The position numbers and the translations under genes are program-made. This document shows, in pieces, positions 17,804 to 27,393 of a stretch of DNA of 57,601 bases. The stretch is taken from positions 1 to 57,601 of IMG/VR virus record IMGVR_UViG_3300027956_000010, one strand, 5' to 3'. This DNA is from a virus (lineage: Duplodnaviria > Caudoviricetes). Every line of letters begins with the position of its first letter. Position 1 is the stretch's first letter. The notes under the pieces were generated by a model. The model worked only from the letters and a program-made list of their open reading frames with translations. It did no database searches and was not told the DNA's origin.

Positions 17804-19054
17804 ATGCCTGAAAATCAATCCCTTCTGCAACAGTTGGAGCAGATGCTTCACTGGAAAAAGAGCAAGAAGTTCTATGCAGAGAAACTCAACGTTACAGAAA
17901 ATGAGGTGGATGAATTGATGAAGGAGCTGCGAGGCTCAGAATTGGCTGAAGAAACTGCAGAAATTGCAAATTACATTGGAGAACTAGAGGATCAAATCGT
18001 AAGATTTGTTGAGGACATTCAGAAGGGAACAGGTGAAGTGGTGTTCAACTCTAAAGAAGAAATCAAGAGTTTGGACGAGTTGATTGAAAAATGTAAGATA
18101 GATACGGACAAGTGGGAAATAACTAAATACGTCCAAAACTACTGGGGAAATGCTGACCAGCCTCACTACCAAGTGAAAGCATGGTTAGGTAAGAAGAAAG
18201 ATGAGCAGGTGTTCCAGGATAGCTTTGTTGCTTTCCTTGAGACATATGAGCCTGTATCCCCTGAGATAGTAGCTCCAAAGTTTGACATGGCTAAGAAGGA
18301 TGCTTGTTTAATCATAAACAAACAAGACTCCCACCTAAACAAACTGGATATTGGAGGAAACAATGATATAGAAGAGCGCTTTGGTGATTTTATCCAAAGA
18401 GTAGAAATCATCCTAAATCAAGCTATTCTAGCTAATAATCTCACAGATATCAAGTATATTATTGGTTCTGATGAGTTCAATAGTGAGTTCACTAACACAA
18501 CTACAAAGGGTACTCCCCAGCAAAACATCCTATCCTATCACGAGGCTTTTCAAGCAATCTGTGATCATGAGGTGAGCGTCATTAATCTTCTCCTTCAGAA
18601 GGGTGAGCAGGTTGATGTAGTCTTTGTAGCTGGTAATCACGATGAGTTTGTAGGCTGGCACTTAGCTAGTTGGTTACAAACCTATTTTAGAAACGAGGAG
18701 CGTGTGTTCTTTGACATCTCTCCAAGGTACAGAAAGTACGTGAGTTATGGTACATCTGCAATGATGTTCAACCATGGAGATGCTCTTAAACCAGCAAAAC
18801 TTGCTCATCTGTTCCCTATGGAATTTAAAGATGAGTGGTCAGGTCATGAGAATTTCTACATATTTACAGGAGACAAACACCATGAGGTGAGTCTGGATTT
18901 CAACGGTATTAAGTTCTACCAGCTCCCTGCCTTCTCTACAGCCAAGAGTTCTTGGGATGATAAGAATGGCTACACTGTTACTAAAGGTGAGGTGACAGGT
19001 TTCCTGATAGATTTTGAAGACGGAATAACAAATATATTCAAACAGTATTTATAA
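17804..19054 (+). CDS. Calcineurin-like metallophosphoesterase with N-terminal HTH-like segment
   Basis: Motifs DSH, GSD, GNHD, NHGD, GDKHH in canonical order. Confidence 0.85.
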   Translation: MPENQSLLQQLEQMLHWKKSKKFYAEKLNVTENEVDELMKELRGSELAEETAEIANYIGELEDQIVRFVEDIQKGTGEVVFNSKEEIKSLDELIEKCKIDTDKWEITKYVQNYWGNADQPHYQVKAWLGKKKDEQVFQDSFVAFLETYEPVSPEIVAPKFDMAKKDACLIINKQDSHLNKLDIGGNNDIEERFGDFIQRVEIILNQAILANNLTDIKYIIGSDEFNSEFTNTTTKGTPQQNILSYHEAFQAICDHEVSVINLLLQKGEQVDVVFVAGNHDEFVGWHLASWLQTYFRNEERVFFDISPRYRKYVSYGTSAMMFNHGDALKPAKLAHLFPMEFKDEWSGHENFYIFTGDKHHEVSLDFNGIKFYQLPAFSTAKSSWDDKNGYTVTKGEVTGFLIDFEDGITNIFKQYL

Positions 19055-19782
19055 TGTCAACTTTTAGGAAGCTAGTTTCAGATGTACGCTCTATGCACAA
19101 GTTGCTCTCCACGGACAACTTGATCACGGATAGAGCTGTTATGTCTGAGATTAGGAACAATGCCTTCCTCCTGATAAAGCGTGAGACTAATCTGAGGAAG
19201 TTATGGGCAACCGATACAGTTTTTACCACCATCCCTTGTTTAGAGATGGTGGAAGTTCCTATTTCTGAATGCTGTGATTACGCAGATCCTTGTACCGTAG
19301 CTAGAACAAAATTTAAACTTCCCAGAATCACAGAAGGTAATTACCAGTATGTAATTCAAGGGGTGTATTCTATTAATGCTATGAGTGGGCAGGGAAAGAA
19401 ACTTAAGGAAATAACCATCAACCGATACGTAAACTTGCTCAAGCTTCCTATTATCAAGAAGGAAGAATACTACTGGATTTCTAATGGATACCTCTATGTG
19501 AACAACCCTCTGTTAAAAGCAATCAGACTAGTTGCTTTATTTGAGGAAGATGTTCCAAACGAGATTATGTACCCAGAGTGTGGATGTGGAACTCCTGAGT
19601 ACACAACAGAACAACTCTGCATGAATCCTTTAGATAAGGAATCACCAGTTCCAGGATACCTGGAAAAGCAAGTGTTAGAGCTCACTTCTCAAAAGCTTCT
19701 CTCTACGTATTTCAGATTGAAAACAGACATCACAAGTGATGGAGTTGATGGTCAAGCACCTAATGCTCCAAACTTGAGATAA
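19054..19782 (+). CDS. Putative tail ring protein
   Basis: YYWISNGYLYV...ALFEED; position ahead of the IHF-like and tail-tube genes as in crAss-like phages. Confidence 0.55.
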   Translation: MSTFRKLVSDVRSMHKLLSTDNLITDRAVMSEIRNNAFLLIKRETNLRKLWATDTVFTTIPCLEMVEVPISECCDYADPCTVARTKFKLPRITEGNYQYVIQGVYSINAMSGQGKKLKEITINRYVNLLKLPIIKKEEYYWISNGYLYVNNPLLKAIRLVALFEEDVPNEIMYPECGCGTPEYTTEQLCMNPLDKESPVPGYLEKQVLELTSQKLLSTYFRLKTDITSDGVDGQAPNAPNLR

Positions 19783-20259
19783 ATGAGAGTGAAACTAGAC
19801 TGGCGAAGCGCTAGCAAAGAAAACTACAGCAGTTTCTGCAAAAAGCACCCCTCTATTAAGCTGACATTTGATCAGTGGAGAAACATCATCTATTTTTATA
19901 ATGATGCTTTCAAAGAGTACATTCTAGAAACAGGAGAAAGAGCAAAGCTTCCTCTTGGATTTGGTGAGTTCTCTATCAACAAAAAGAAGCGTAGAAAGAT
20001 AAAGGGTGTAGATGGCAAAGAGTTTGTCAATCTTCCTATTGACTGGAAAAAGACAAAGGAGAAAGGTAAACGCATCTACAACTTCAACTTTCATACAGAA
20101 GGGTTCTTCTTTGGATGGGTTTGGTTTAAGGAAACAGCAAGATTCAAACAATCTTCTCTGTGGTATTTCAAACCTTCCAGAAGCACTTCCAGACTACTGT
20201 CTCACTATCTGAAAACCAATGATAAATATCAACATATCTATCACGAATGGAAAAAGTAA
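19783..20259 (+). CDS. crAss-type IHF/HU-like basic protein
   Basis: KLPLGFGEFSINKKK and IDWKKT; very basic; position just before the tail genes. Confidence 0.65.
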   Translation: MRVKLDWRSASKENYSSFCKKHPSIKLTFDQWRNIIYFYNDAFKEYILETGERAKLPLGFGEFSINKKKRRKIKGVDGKEFVNLPIDWKKTKEKGKRIYNFNFHTEGFFFGWVWFKETARFKQSSLWYFKPSRSTSRLLSHYLKTNDKYQHIYHEWKK

Positions 20260-20264
20260 AATAG

Positions 20265-21236
20265 ATGTCCTACTATTACAAATATAACTTCGTCAGCCCA
20301 GAGCCCGTCTATGCTATTGTTAAGGAGGAGTTTAAAAGCTACTTCGATACAGGAGCTGTAGATGATCTGATGTTCCCCACTTATCTGGACAAGTGTCTCA
20401 GAAAGTTGGGTAGAACTACATACGTAATTGCTGAAGAAATTCTGCACATCAATGATTATGAAGCTAGACTCCCAGACAACTTTTATGCTGTCCGTGAGGC
20501 ATGGCTTTGTACAGCTGTTAATGGTTTTCCTTATCAGCAAGCTAACTCTTTCTATTCACAGGCTGCTACATCTACAACTATTCAGGTGAGCCCTATCACC
20601 ACTGATTGTACTATCCCTAGCCCTTGTTGTGGTAATGTGGGATGTGATGGAAGCTGTATGCCTGAGCTAGTTCAGACAGTATATAAGACAAACAATCAAG
20701 CCCCTGTTCTATACAGAAGGGAGTATTTACTCAAGCCTGGTAACATCTCTGCACAGGGTAACTGTGGTGTAGATTATACCAGCAATTGGGAGTTCTATCA
20801 AGAGGCTCCCCCTCTGCGTGAGTTTACACCAGGGTCTGCAGGATATGACAGTTTTGATATTAGAGACAATAAGTTTGTAACCAACTTCCGTAATGGAGTG
20901 GTACATTTATTGTTCTATGCTACAGATTACGATAATGCTGGAAATCAACTGATTCCTGACAACTATCGTATTAGGGAGTTTGTTGAGGCTTTCATTAAGT
21001 ATAAGGTGGTAGAAACTCTGACCAACCAGGTGAATGATGAGACCTACAATCAGCTAGAAAGGAAGTTAGTTAACTACAAGCAACAAGCTGATGAAGCTTT
21101 CATCATGGCTGATATTGAGATTAAGAAGCAAGATGCTTGGACTAAGCAACGTAGAATTAAGAATGACTTGAATAGATTTAACATGTATGAACTCCCCAAT
21201 CGTAGCAATAGCTATGGTTGGAGACGTAATAACTGA
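20265..21236 (+). CDS. Tail tubular/ring protein (P22 gp4-like)
   Basis: ARLPDNF and LIPDN..IREFVEAFIKYK motifs; directly upstream of the stabilisation gene. Confidence 0.65.
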   Translation: MSYYYKYNFVSPEPVYAIVKEEFKSYFDTGAVDDLMFPTYLDKCLRKLGRTTYVIAEEILHINDYEARLPDNFYAVREAWLCTAVNGFPYQQANSFYSQAATSTTIQVSPITTDCTIPSPCCGNVGCDGSCMPELVQTVYKTNNQAPVLYRREYLLKPGNISAQGNCGVDYTSNWEFYQEAPPLREFTPGSAGYDSFDIRDNKFVTNFRNGVVHLLFYATDYDNAGNQLIPDNYRIREFVEAFIKYKVVETLTNQVNDETYNQLERKLVNYKQQADEAFIMADIEIKKQDAWTKQRRIKNDLNRFNMYELPNRSNSYGWRRNN

Positions 21237-21241
21237 TAGAA

Positions 21242-24200
21242 ATGGCAGATGAATTAGAACAAATAAAAAATATTCTTGGTGGTAACAAAAGCAATGTTAT
21301 TCAAGAATATAATAATGCTACGGTTGGCCTTAATATGGATCAATCTGTTCAACAGATTCCCAAAGGTCAACTTACGTATGCATTAAATGCTGCTCTAGAA
21401 AACTTTGATGCTAATTCTGTAAACTATCAGAATGAGCAAGGAAATGAGCTTTGTCTCACCTTTCCTGATGGTTATGTACTAATAGGTCAACACTTCATCC
21501 CTGAGAAGAGCAAGCATGTATTCTTTCTTACAGACCCTGTTAATGGGGGTTCTGAGATTGGATATATGGATAACAATGATTGTGTCTATCGCAAGTACAT
21601 TAATGCTCCTTGCCTCAACTTTAATATAAATTATCCCATCCACAAGTCTGTCCACAGAATTACCAATTGCACCACTGAGGTGTATTGGACAGATGGTATC
21701 AATCCCAGAAGATATATTGATCTCAACCCTGAGAATATCCCCTATGTTCTTATAGGAGGAACTCCTGCCTGCGATCCTGTTTATAGTGATGAAATTGATT
21801 GTAATGGATTAAGCGTACAGCCTAACTTCCAGATTCCTCAACTAGAGATTACCAACATAAGAACAGGAGGTGAACTTACAGCAGGTACTTATCAGTTTGC
21901 TATTCAGTATGCAGATGTTGTTGGTGGTCCGTATACTTCCTACTATTCAGTTACTAATCCCACTCCTATTGCTGACATAAGTCTTACCACTCCTAATTTT
22001 AATTATCCTGTTGGTAGGTCTATTGAAATCACTGTAAGTAATCTAGATCTTACAGGACTATTTAAGCATTTTAACTTAGCGGTTATTAAAACCATCAATG
22101 GTATCACCTCTGTAGAGCTGATAGGCATTTATTTTATTGATGGAGATTCACAGGTAATCACTTATAGTGGTCAGAATAAGACTGATGTTCGTTTGACAGT
22201 GGATGATATTTTTGAGAAGTTTCCTTACTATGAGGTGGCTCAAGATGTTACAGCTGTTCGTGATGTATTAGTGTGGGACCAGCTTACATCTGCAGAAAGA
22301 CTTAACTATCAACAGATTGCAAGTCAAATTACTCTTGAGTGGGAAACATATCGTATTCCTGCTACAGAGAACTATGCAGACGAACTAAATGCTACCAACC
22401 TCAGAGGCTATCTAAGGGATGAGGTATATGCATTTGAAATAGTGTTCCTCCTTCAGAATGGTAAACAAACTGATGGATTCCACATTCCTGGTAGAATAGC
22501 TAATGCTAATGACTTATGGCCTGTATCCAATACTAATGATGACTTTATAGGTGAACCAGATGATCCTATTGCTGGAACAAGTCCCTATTGGAAGATATAT
22601 AACACAGCCAGTGTTACTGGATTCTCTCCAGGATATTCCACTGACACAGACTACAAAGGACCTTATCAATATGGTCAGTTCTCCTACTGGGAGTCTATTG
22701 AAGAATACCCTTGTGACAAAGAATTATGGGGAGACTTGGCTGGTCAGAAGATCAGACACCATAAGTTCCCAGATGTGCTGGTGAGTCCTATATTTGAATC
22801 TGCTCTATTCACTGGTGCTAGCAACATGGTGATGCAAAAAGATGCAGTGTTCCCACTAGGTGTACGACTTGATGTTACACAGGTAGAGGTACTTATTAAC
22901 TCTTCTAATCTGACAGCTGAGCAAAAGCGTCAGATAGTTGGATTTAAAATAGTACGTGGTGATCGTAGTACAAACAGATCTATTGTAGCTAAGGGTATTC
23001 TTAGAAACGTGGGCAAGTATGAAAGAGAGGGGACAGAATTCTACTTTCCTAACTATCCCTATAATGATCTTAGACAAGATCCGTTTCTTGTAGATAAGAG
23101 TAATGGTTACACTATCCCTCTTGCTAGTGCAAGCACAAGTAATGTATGTAGAAGATTTAAAATATACGCTACTGAGGCAGGTATTTTAAAATACACAAAC
23201 TGCTATACAGGAGAAACTATTTATGCTAAAATTGGTCCTGACGCTGAAGATGATTTTCCTTTAAATGAATCATTTACAGTTTGTGCATTAGACTTCTATG
23301 CTCCTGTATTTGAGAATGGTGCAGAAGGAGCTATTATATCTGAAACATTCATTTGGTATAAAATTGAGGTAGAGTATAATGCTAGTCCATTTGTAGTGGC
23401 ATTTAACTTCATACCTCCTGTTCCTCCAGGAATACCACCAAGTACAGCAGGATGTGGTATTGATCCTACATTCGGAGGAACTCTACTTCCCCCTCCAGCT
23501 CCTTATGGTGATTGGGCTGAGTATTGTGCTCAAAATAATACACAACCATGTTGTGTTGGTCATTCTGCTCCATCATCCACCTTAATTATATTTAACACAA
23601 ATGCAGCAGCTATTGATAGAGTGAGATGGGTTCCATCATTAGCTCCTCCTAGATATGGTGGTGGTACATCAGGATTTAGTCCTCAGTACACTATTACACC
23701 TGAAGCTGAGGTGGGGTATGAGTGTAATCCTAATCCTCTAAAAGGATTTGATTCTGAAGAAGCTAAGTACAGACATGTGTTTAACTCTCCAGAAACTTCA
23801 TTTGGTCAACCTTTCTTAGGAAATATCCTGAAGCTGGAGAACGTAATCTTTGGTGCTGGTAGTGCTCACTTTGTACAGGTGAAGAAGAATGCGATGTACA
23901 GACTTGTTAGTAGAGAAGCTCAGCAGGATGCATTAGCTGCTTCTAACAATATTGCCAACATCACCTCTCCTTACAATGCTTCTGCCCTATTTGCTGCATA
24001 CCAGGCCTATTTGACCATCTATATCAACGGTATCACCAGACAAAACTATGCCTATTCCTACAACTCTATTGCTAGCTATGACTATAGTAACATAATAGAC
24101 AATGGATTAGGAATTAAGCAACGTGAACTTGACCTTAAGCAATATCTCATCCCTGGTGTGCAAAGCGCTGGTGATGATAGAAATATAAATAACTGGAACA

Positions 24201-26515
24201 GAGAAAGTTCTGTCTACTTAAAGACAGATGAAGCAAGAGATCCTTTACCATTCCCAAGTAACACACCAAGTATTAATGGACTCGTAACAGATGAGTCAAG
24301 AACAACCATCTCAGAATCTGGTAATTGTGATGTTCCTGCTAGGGAAGAATCTATAAGTGTTGTATCTTATTACGGATCACTTAAGAACATCTTCCGAAAT
24401 CAATATGGACAGATATATTCTTATGACACAGTGGATACAGGACTTCAAAGAGATATCACTCCTGTTACATCTCCTGTATTAGTTACATTCTTTGGTGGTG
24501 ACACATTCATCAATAAGTTTGCCTTCAAGACCAAGCTTCCTTTCTTCATAGATAATCGTGTAAATGCTCCTGATGATAGTGACATTTTCTACGATGAGAT
24601 TGGTAACGTGGCCTATCCAAAATATTGGCACTCAGCACGTTCTATTCTGTCTGATGTAAGTGTTAACACAGTGGTGCTTACCAACTTTATATCTATCAAG
24701 GCTAATAATCTGGATTGTCCTAATAGTCAAACTCCTGTTACAGCTCCTGGTAGAACTTTCTACGATGGTAAGATGTACTTGTTTGCATATGGTATTCCTT
24801 ACTTCTACTGTGAGAGTTCTTATAATGTAGACCTTCGTCAGGCGTTTGATAACAGAGCTGGAGACTTCTGGCCTCATGTTAGCACAAACATCCCTGATGA
24901 CTGGGTACAGGAAGACTATGTTTCTATAGCTAACGACAATACCTACTACTACAACACTACATTCTCCAAGCAGAATAAAGAGAATACATTCACTCACCTC
25001 CCTTACGACTGGAAGAAGGAGTGTTTTACAGTGTATCCTTTTAGAGCTATTTACTCAGATGCTCAAGATGCAAGTGCTGACACTAGATCAAACAACTGGT
25101 TAGTTTACAGAGCTACATCTTTTTTTGACTTCCCACAGAACTATGGTCCTTTGGTAAGTTTGGATGGTATACAAAATAAAGCTATTCTTGCTCGTTTTGA
25201 GAACAAGAGCTTGATGTATAATACATTGCTCACAATTGATACAAGCAATCCTAAGGCTGCGTACATGGGTAATGACAGTCTGTTCAGGAGCTCACCTCCC
25301 GTAGACTTTGCAGAAACTGACCTAGGATATGTAGGAACTCAGAATAAGATGCTCCTCAAGATACCTCAAGGGCAGCTGAGTATTGATGCTAAACGTGGGC
25401 AGGTGTTCCTTATTACTAATCAGGGAGCTCAAGACTTGAGTGCTTTTGGATCAGGAATGAATAGGTTCTTTACAGACCACCTAGCATTTGAAATCTTGCG
25501 TTATTTCCCTAATGTTCCTATTGATAACCATTTCAAAGGACTAGGACTGCATGGTGTATATGATAGTAAATTTGACCGTATAATCATTACAAAGCTTGAT
25601 TATATTCCAAAACACAAGAATATTGTGTATGATGAGACAGACTTCAACTTCTATCTAGAGGAAGAAGTAGAGTGCTGTGATAGTACAGGAATAGTTAGGA
25701 AACAAGTGTATTTAACAGATCTTGAGTACTTCTGTAACAAGAGCTGGACTTTGTCTTTCAATGTGAATACAAAGAGCTGGGTGAGCTTCCATAGCTACAT
25801 TCCTAACTGGTATATAGCTGAGAACAACTTCTTCTATTCTGGGCTAAATGATTGCTGTGCAGACTTTGAGGCTATTGTGGCTAATCCTGTAGAGAACACT
25901 ACCACCACTACAACAACAGCATTTGTGTGTGAGTGTAATACATATTCTGTTGAGAATCAATCTTCTGACACTCTAACATATGATTATACAGATTGCAATG
26001 GTGTTCCACAGTTCAATATTCTGATAGCAGGTGGAACTACACAATATGTATGTGTATGTGGAGATCAGATATATGTTGGAGCTAAAGGGCTCACTGCAAC
26101 ATTAGTTGGGTCTGGATGTAGCACCACAACAACAACTACCACCTATTTTGTACCTGATTGTACATTAGTGGGAGAGGCTTGTGAGATAACTACAACCACT
26201 ACAACTAGCACCAGTACAACCACTACAAGCACAACTAGCACTACATCTACCACTACTACCACAACAACAATTGCTCCAAGTTGTGAGGATTGTTATGAAT
26301 ATACAGTGGAGGCAGATCCTATAGCACAAATTCAATGGTTTAACTGCGACGGAACAACTGGTAATGCAACACTTACAGATCCAGCTCCTTATGTAATTCC
26401 TTGTGTGGTGGAGAATAGTATAATAGTATTTGGTGGAGCTGCAGATATTACAAAAGGAGCCTATTGTGGAAATACTTGCGGAACCACTACAACAACTACT
26501 ACTGCCCCTTTATAA
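21242..26515 (+). CDS. Tail stabilisation/muzzle protein (P22 gp10-like), N-terminal part, with Cys/poly-Thr C-terminal extension
   Basis: GLNMD, YALNA, VYWTDG..PRRYID, RGYLRDEVYAF, IRHHKFPD, FGGDTFI and SWVSFHSYIP match crAss stabilisation proteins. Confidence 0.85.
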   Translation: MADELEQIKNILGGNKSNVIQEYNNATVGLNMDQSVQQIPKGQLTYALNAALENFDANSVNYQNEQGNELCLTFPDGYVLIGQHFIPEKSKHVFFLTDPVNGGSEIGYMDNNDCVYRKYINAPCLNFNINYPIHKSVHRITNCTTEVYWTDGINPRRYIDLNPENIPYVLIGGTPACDPVYSDEIDCNGLSVQPNFQIPQLEITNIRTGGELTAGTYQFAIQYADVVGGPYTSYYSVTNPTPIADISLTTPNFNYPVGRSIEITVSNLDLTGLFKHFNLAVIKTINGITSVELIGIYFIDGDSQVITYSGQNKTDVRLTVDDIFEKFPYYEVAQDVTAVRDVLVWDQLTSAERLNYQQIASQITLEWETYRIPATENYADELNATNLRGYLRDEVYAFEIVFLLQNGKQTDGFHIPGRIANANDLWPVSNTNDDFIGEPDDPIAGTSPYWKIYNTASVTGFSPGYSTDTDYKGPYQYGQFSYWESIEEYPCDKELWGDLAGQKIRHHKFPDVLVSPIFESALFTGASNMVMQKDAVFPLGVRLDVTQVEVLINSSNLTAEQKRQIVGFKIVRGDRSTNRSIVAKGILRNVGKYEREGTEFYFPNYPYNDLRQDPFLVDKSNGYTIPLASASTSNVCRRFKIYATEAGILKYTNCYTGETIYAKIGPDAEDDFPLNESFTVCALDFYAPVFENGAEGAIISETFIWYKIEVEYNASPFVVAFNFIPPVPPGIPPSTAGCGIDPTFGGTLLPPPAPYGDWAEYCAQNNTQPCCVGHSAPSSTLIIFNTNAAAIDRVRWVPSLAPPRYGGGTSGFSPQYTITPEAEVGYECNPNPLKGFDSEEAKYRHVFNSPETSFGQPFLGNILKLENVIFGAGSAHFVQVKKNAMYRLVSREAQQDALAASNNIANITSPYNASALFAAYQAYLTIYINGITRQNYAYSYNSIASYDYSNIIDNGLGIKQRELDLKQYLIPGVQSAGDDRNINNWNRESSVYLKTDEARDPLPFPSNTPSINGLVTDESRTTISESGNCDVPAREESISVVSYYGSLKNIFRNQYGQIYSYDTVDTGLQRDITPVTSPVLVTFFGGDTFINKFAFKTKLPFFIDNRVNAPDDSDIFYDEIGNVAYPKYWHSARSILSDVSVNTVVLTNFISIKANNLDCPNSQTPVTAPGRTFYDGKMYLFAYGIPYFYCESSYNVDLRQAFDNRAGDFWPHVSTNIPDDWVQEDYVSIANDNTYYYNTTFSKQNKENTFTHLPYDWKKECFTVYPFRAIYSDAQDASADTRSNNWLVYRATSFFDFPQNYGPLVSLDGIQNKAILARFENKSLMYNTLLTIDTSNPKAAYMGNDSLFRSSPPVDFAETDLGYVGTQNKMLLKIPQGQLSIDAKRGQVFLITNQGAQDLSAFGSGMNRFFTDHLAFEILRYFPNVPIDNHFKGLGLHGVYDSKFDRIIITKLDYIPKHKNIVYDETDFNFYLEEEVECCDSTGIVRKQVYLTDLEYFCNKSWTLSFNVNTKSWVSFHSYIPNWYIAENNFFYSGLNDCCADFEAIVANPVENTTTTTTTAFVCECNTYSVENQSSDTLTYDYTDCNGVPQFNILIAGGTTQYVCVCGDQIYVGAKGLTATLVGSGCSTTTTTTTYFVPDCTLVGEACEITTTTTTSTSTTTTSTTSTTSTTTTTTTIAPSCEDCYEYTVEADPIAQIQWFNCDGTTGNATLTDPAPYVIPCVVENSIIVFGGAADITKGAYCGNTCGTTTTTTTAPL

Positions 26516-26526
26516 ACATTATTTGA

Positions 26527-27393
26527 ATGGCACAGACAGTATTCATAAAGATCACCAAAGCCTCTCCTAGGAGTGGTCCTTTTAACATCTCTGACAATCT
26601 TGGAAATGTTCTAGGGACTAATGTACCTTTGAGTGCACTTATTGAGGGTGTTGCTTATTCTGTAGCAGATGATGCTACAGTGATTTTAATTGAATCTCTA
26701 GGAAAGTGCAAAAAGACTATTAACTTCCCTATATCCACTGTCACTCCTAATCAACAGGTGACAGCTGTGTTTACTCCTTCTTATAGCTCTTGTGTGTGGA
26801 GACACTTGACAGATGTTGAGAACTACAACAAGTTCTATGGAAACATAGAGCCTTACATTATTGAATATCCGTTTGCTTATCAGTATTACGATGAGATTCT
26901 TCAGAATGTTAAGGACTACACAAAGGTGTACAAATACTTCCGCGGTAACAGTGGTGTGTTTAATGATAATGACAGAATTGAAGTGGATAATGAATGGTTT
27001 AATAAGGCAGTCCTTTATAATGGTCAACAGTCCACTGGTATTCTAGAACTGGTACCTAAACCTATTAACAATTTAAAGGAATACATGAAGTATCCTTTAT
27101 ATAATGCTGAAAGTAAGACAATTACGTTCACAAAATCAGACAACTTCTACCAATACAATACCTTCTGGTCATTGGTAAAAAGTAAATCTATACCCCTATT
27201 CTTAACGACTTGTGAGTCTCTATCTATAGATAAGATAGTAAACCAAGCTAATATGGACTATGGCAAGAGATCTTTCAAGAAGGAACCTCTAAGAGCTAAA
27301 GACCTGAAGGTGAGACACATCCTAGATAACAAGTCTGATGTGCATCTAGTTTCTCAATTTATCACTGCACCTGCTCAAATCTCTTACAAATAA
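26527..27393 (+). CDS. Probable C-terminal part of the muzzle protein, fused to an appendage-type N-domain
   Basis: VWRH...YNKFYG..EPYIIEY...FNKAVLYNGQQSTG resembles the usual muzzle C-terminus; the first ~70 aa resemble ORF 16999. Confidence 0.65.
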   Translation: MAQTVFIKITKASPRSGPFNISDNLGNVLGTNVPLSALIEGVAYSVADDATVILIESLGKCKKTINFPISTVTPNQQVTAVFTPSYSSCVWRHLTDVENYNKFYGNIEPYIIEYPFAYQYYDEILQNVKDYTKVYKYFRGNSGVFNDNDRIEVDNEWFNKAVLYNGQQSTGILELVPKPINNLKEYMKYPLYNAESKTITFTKSDNFYQYNTFWSLVKSKSIPLFLTTCESLSIDKIVNQANMDYGKRSFKKEPLRAKDLKVRHILDNKSDVHLVSQFITAPAQISYK

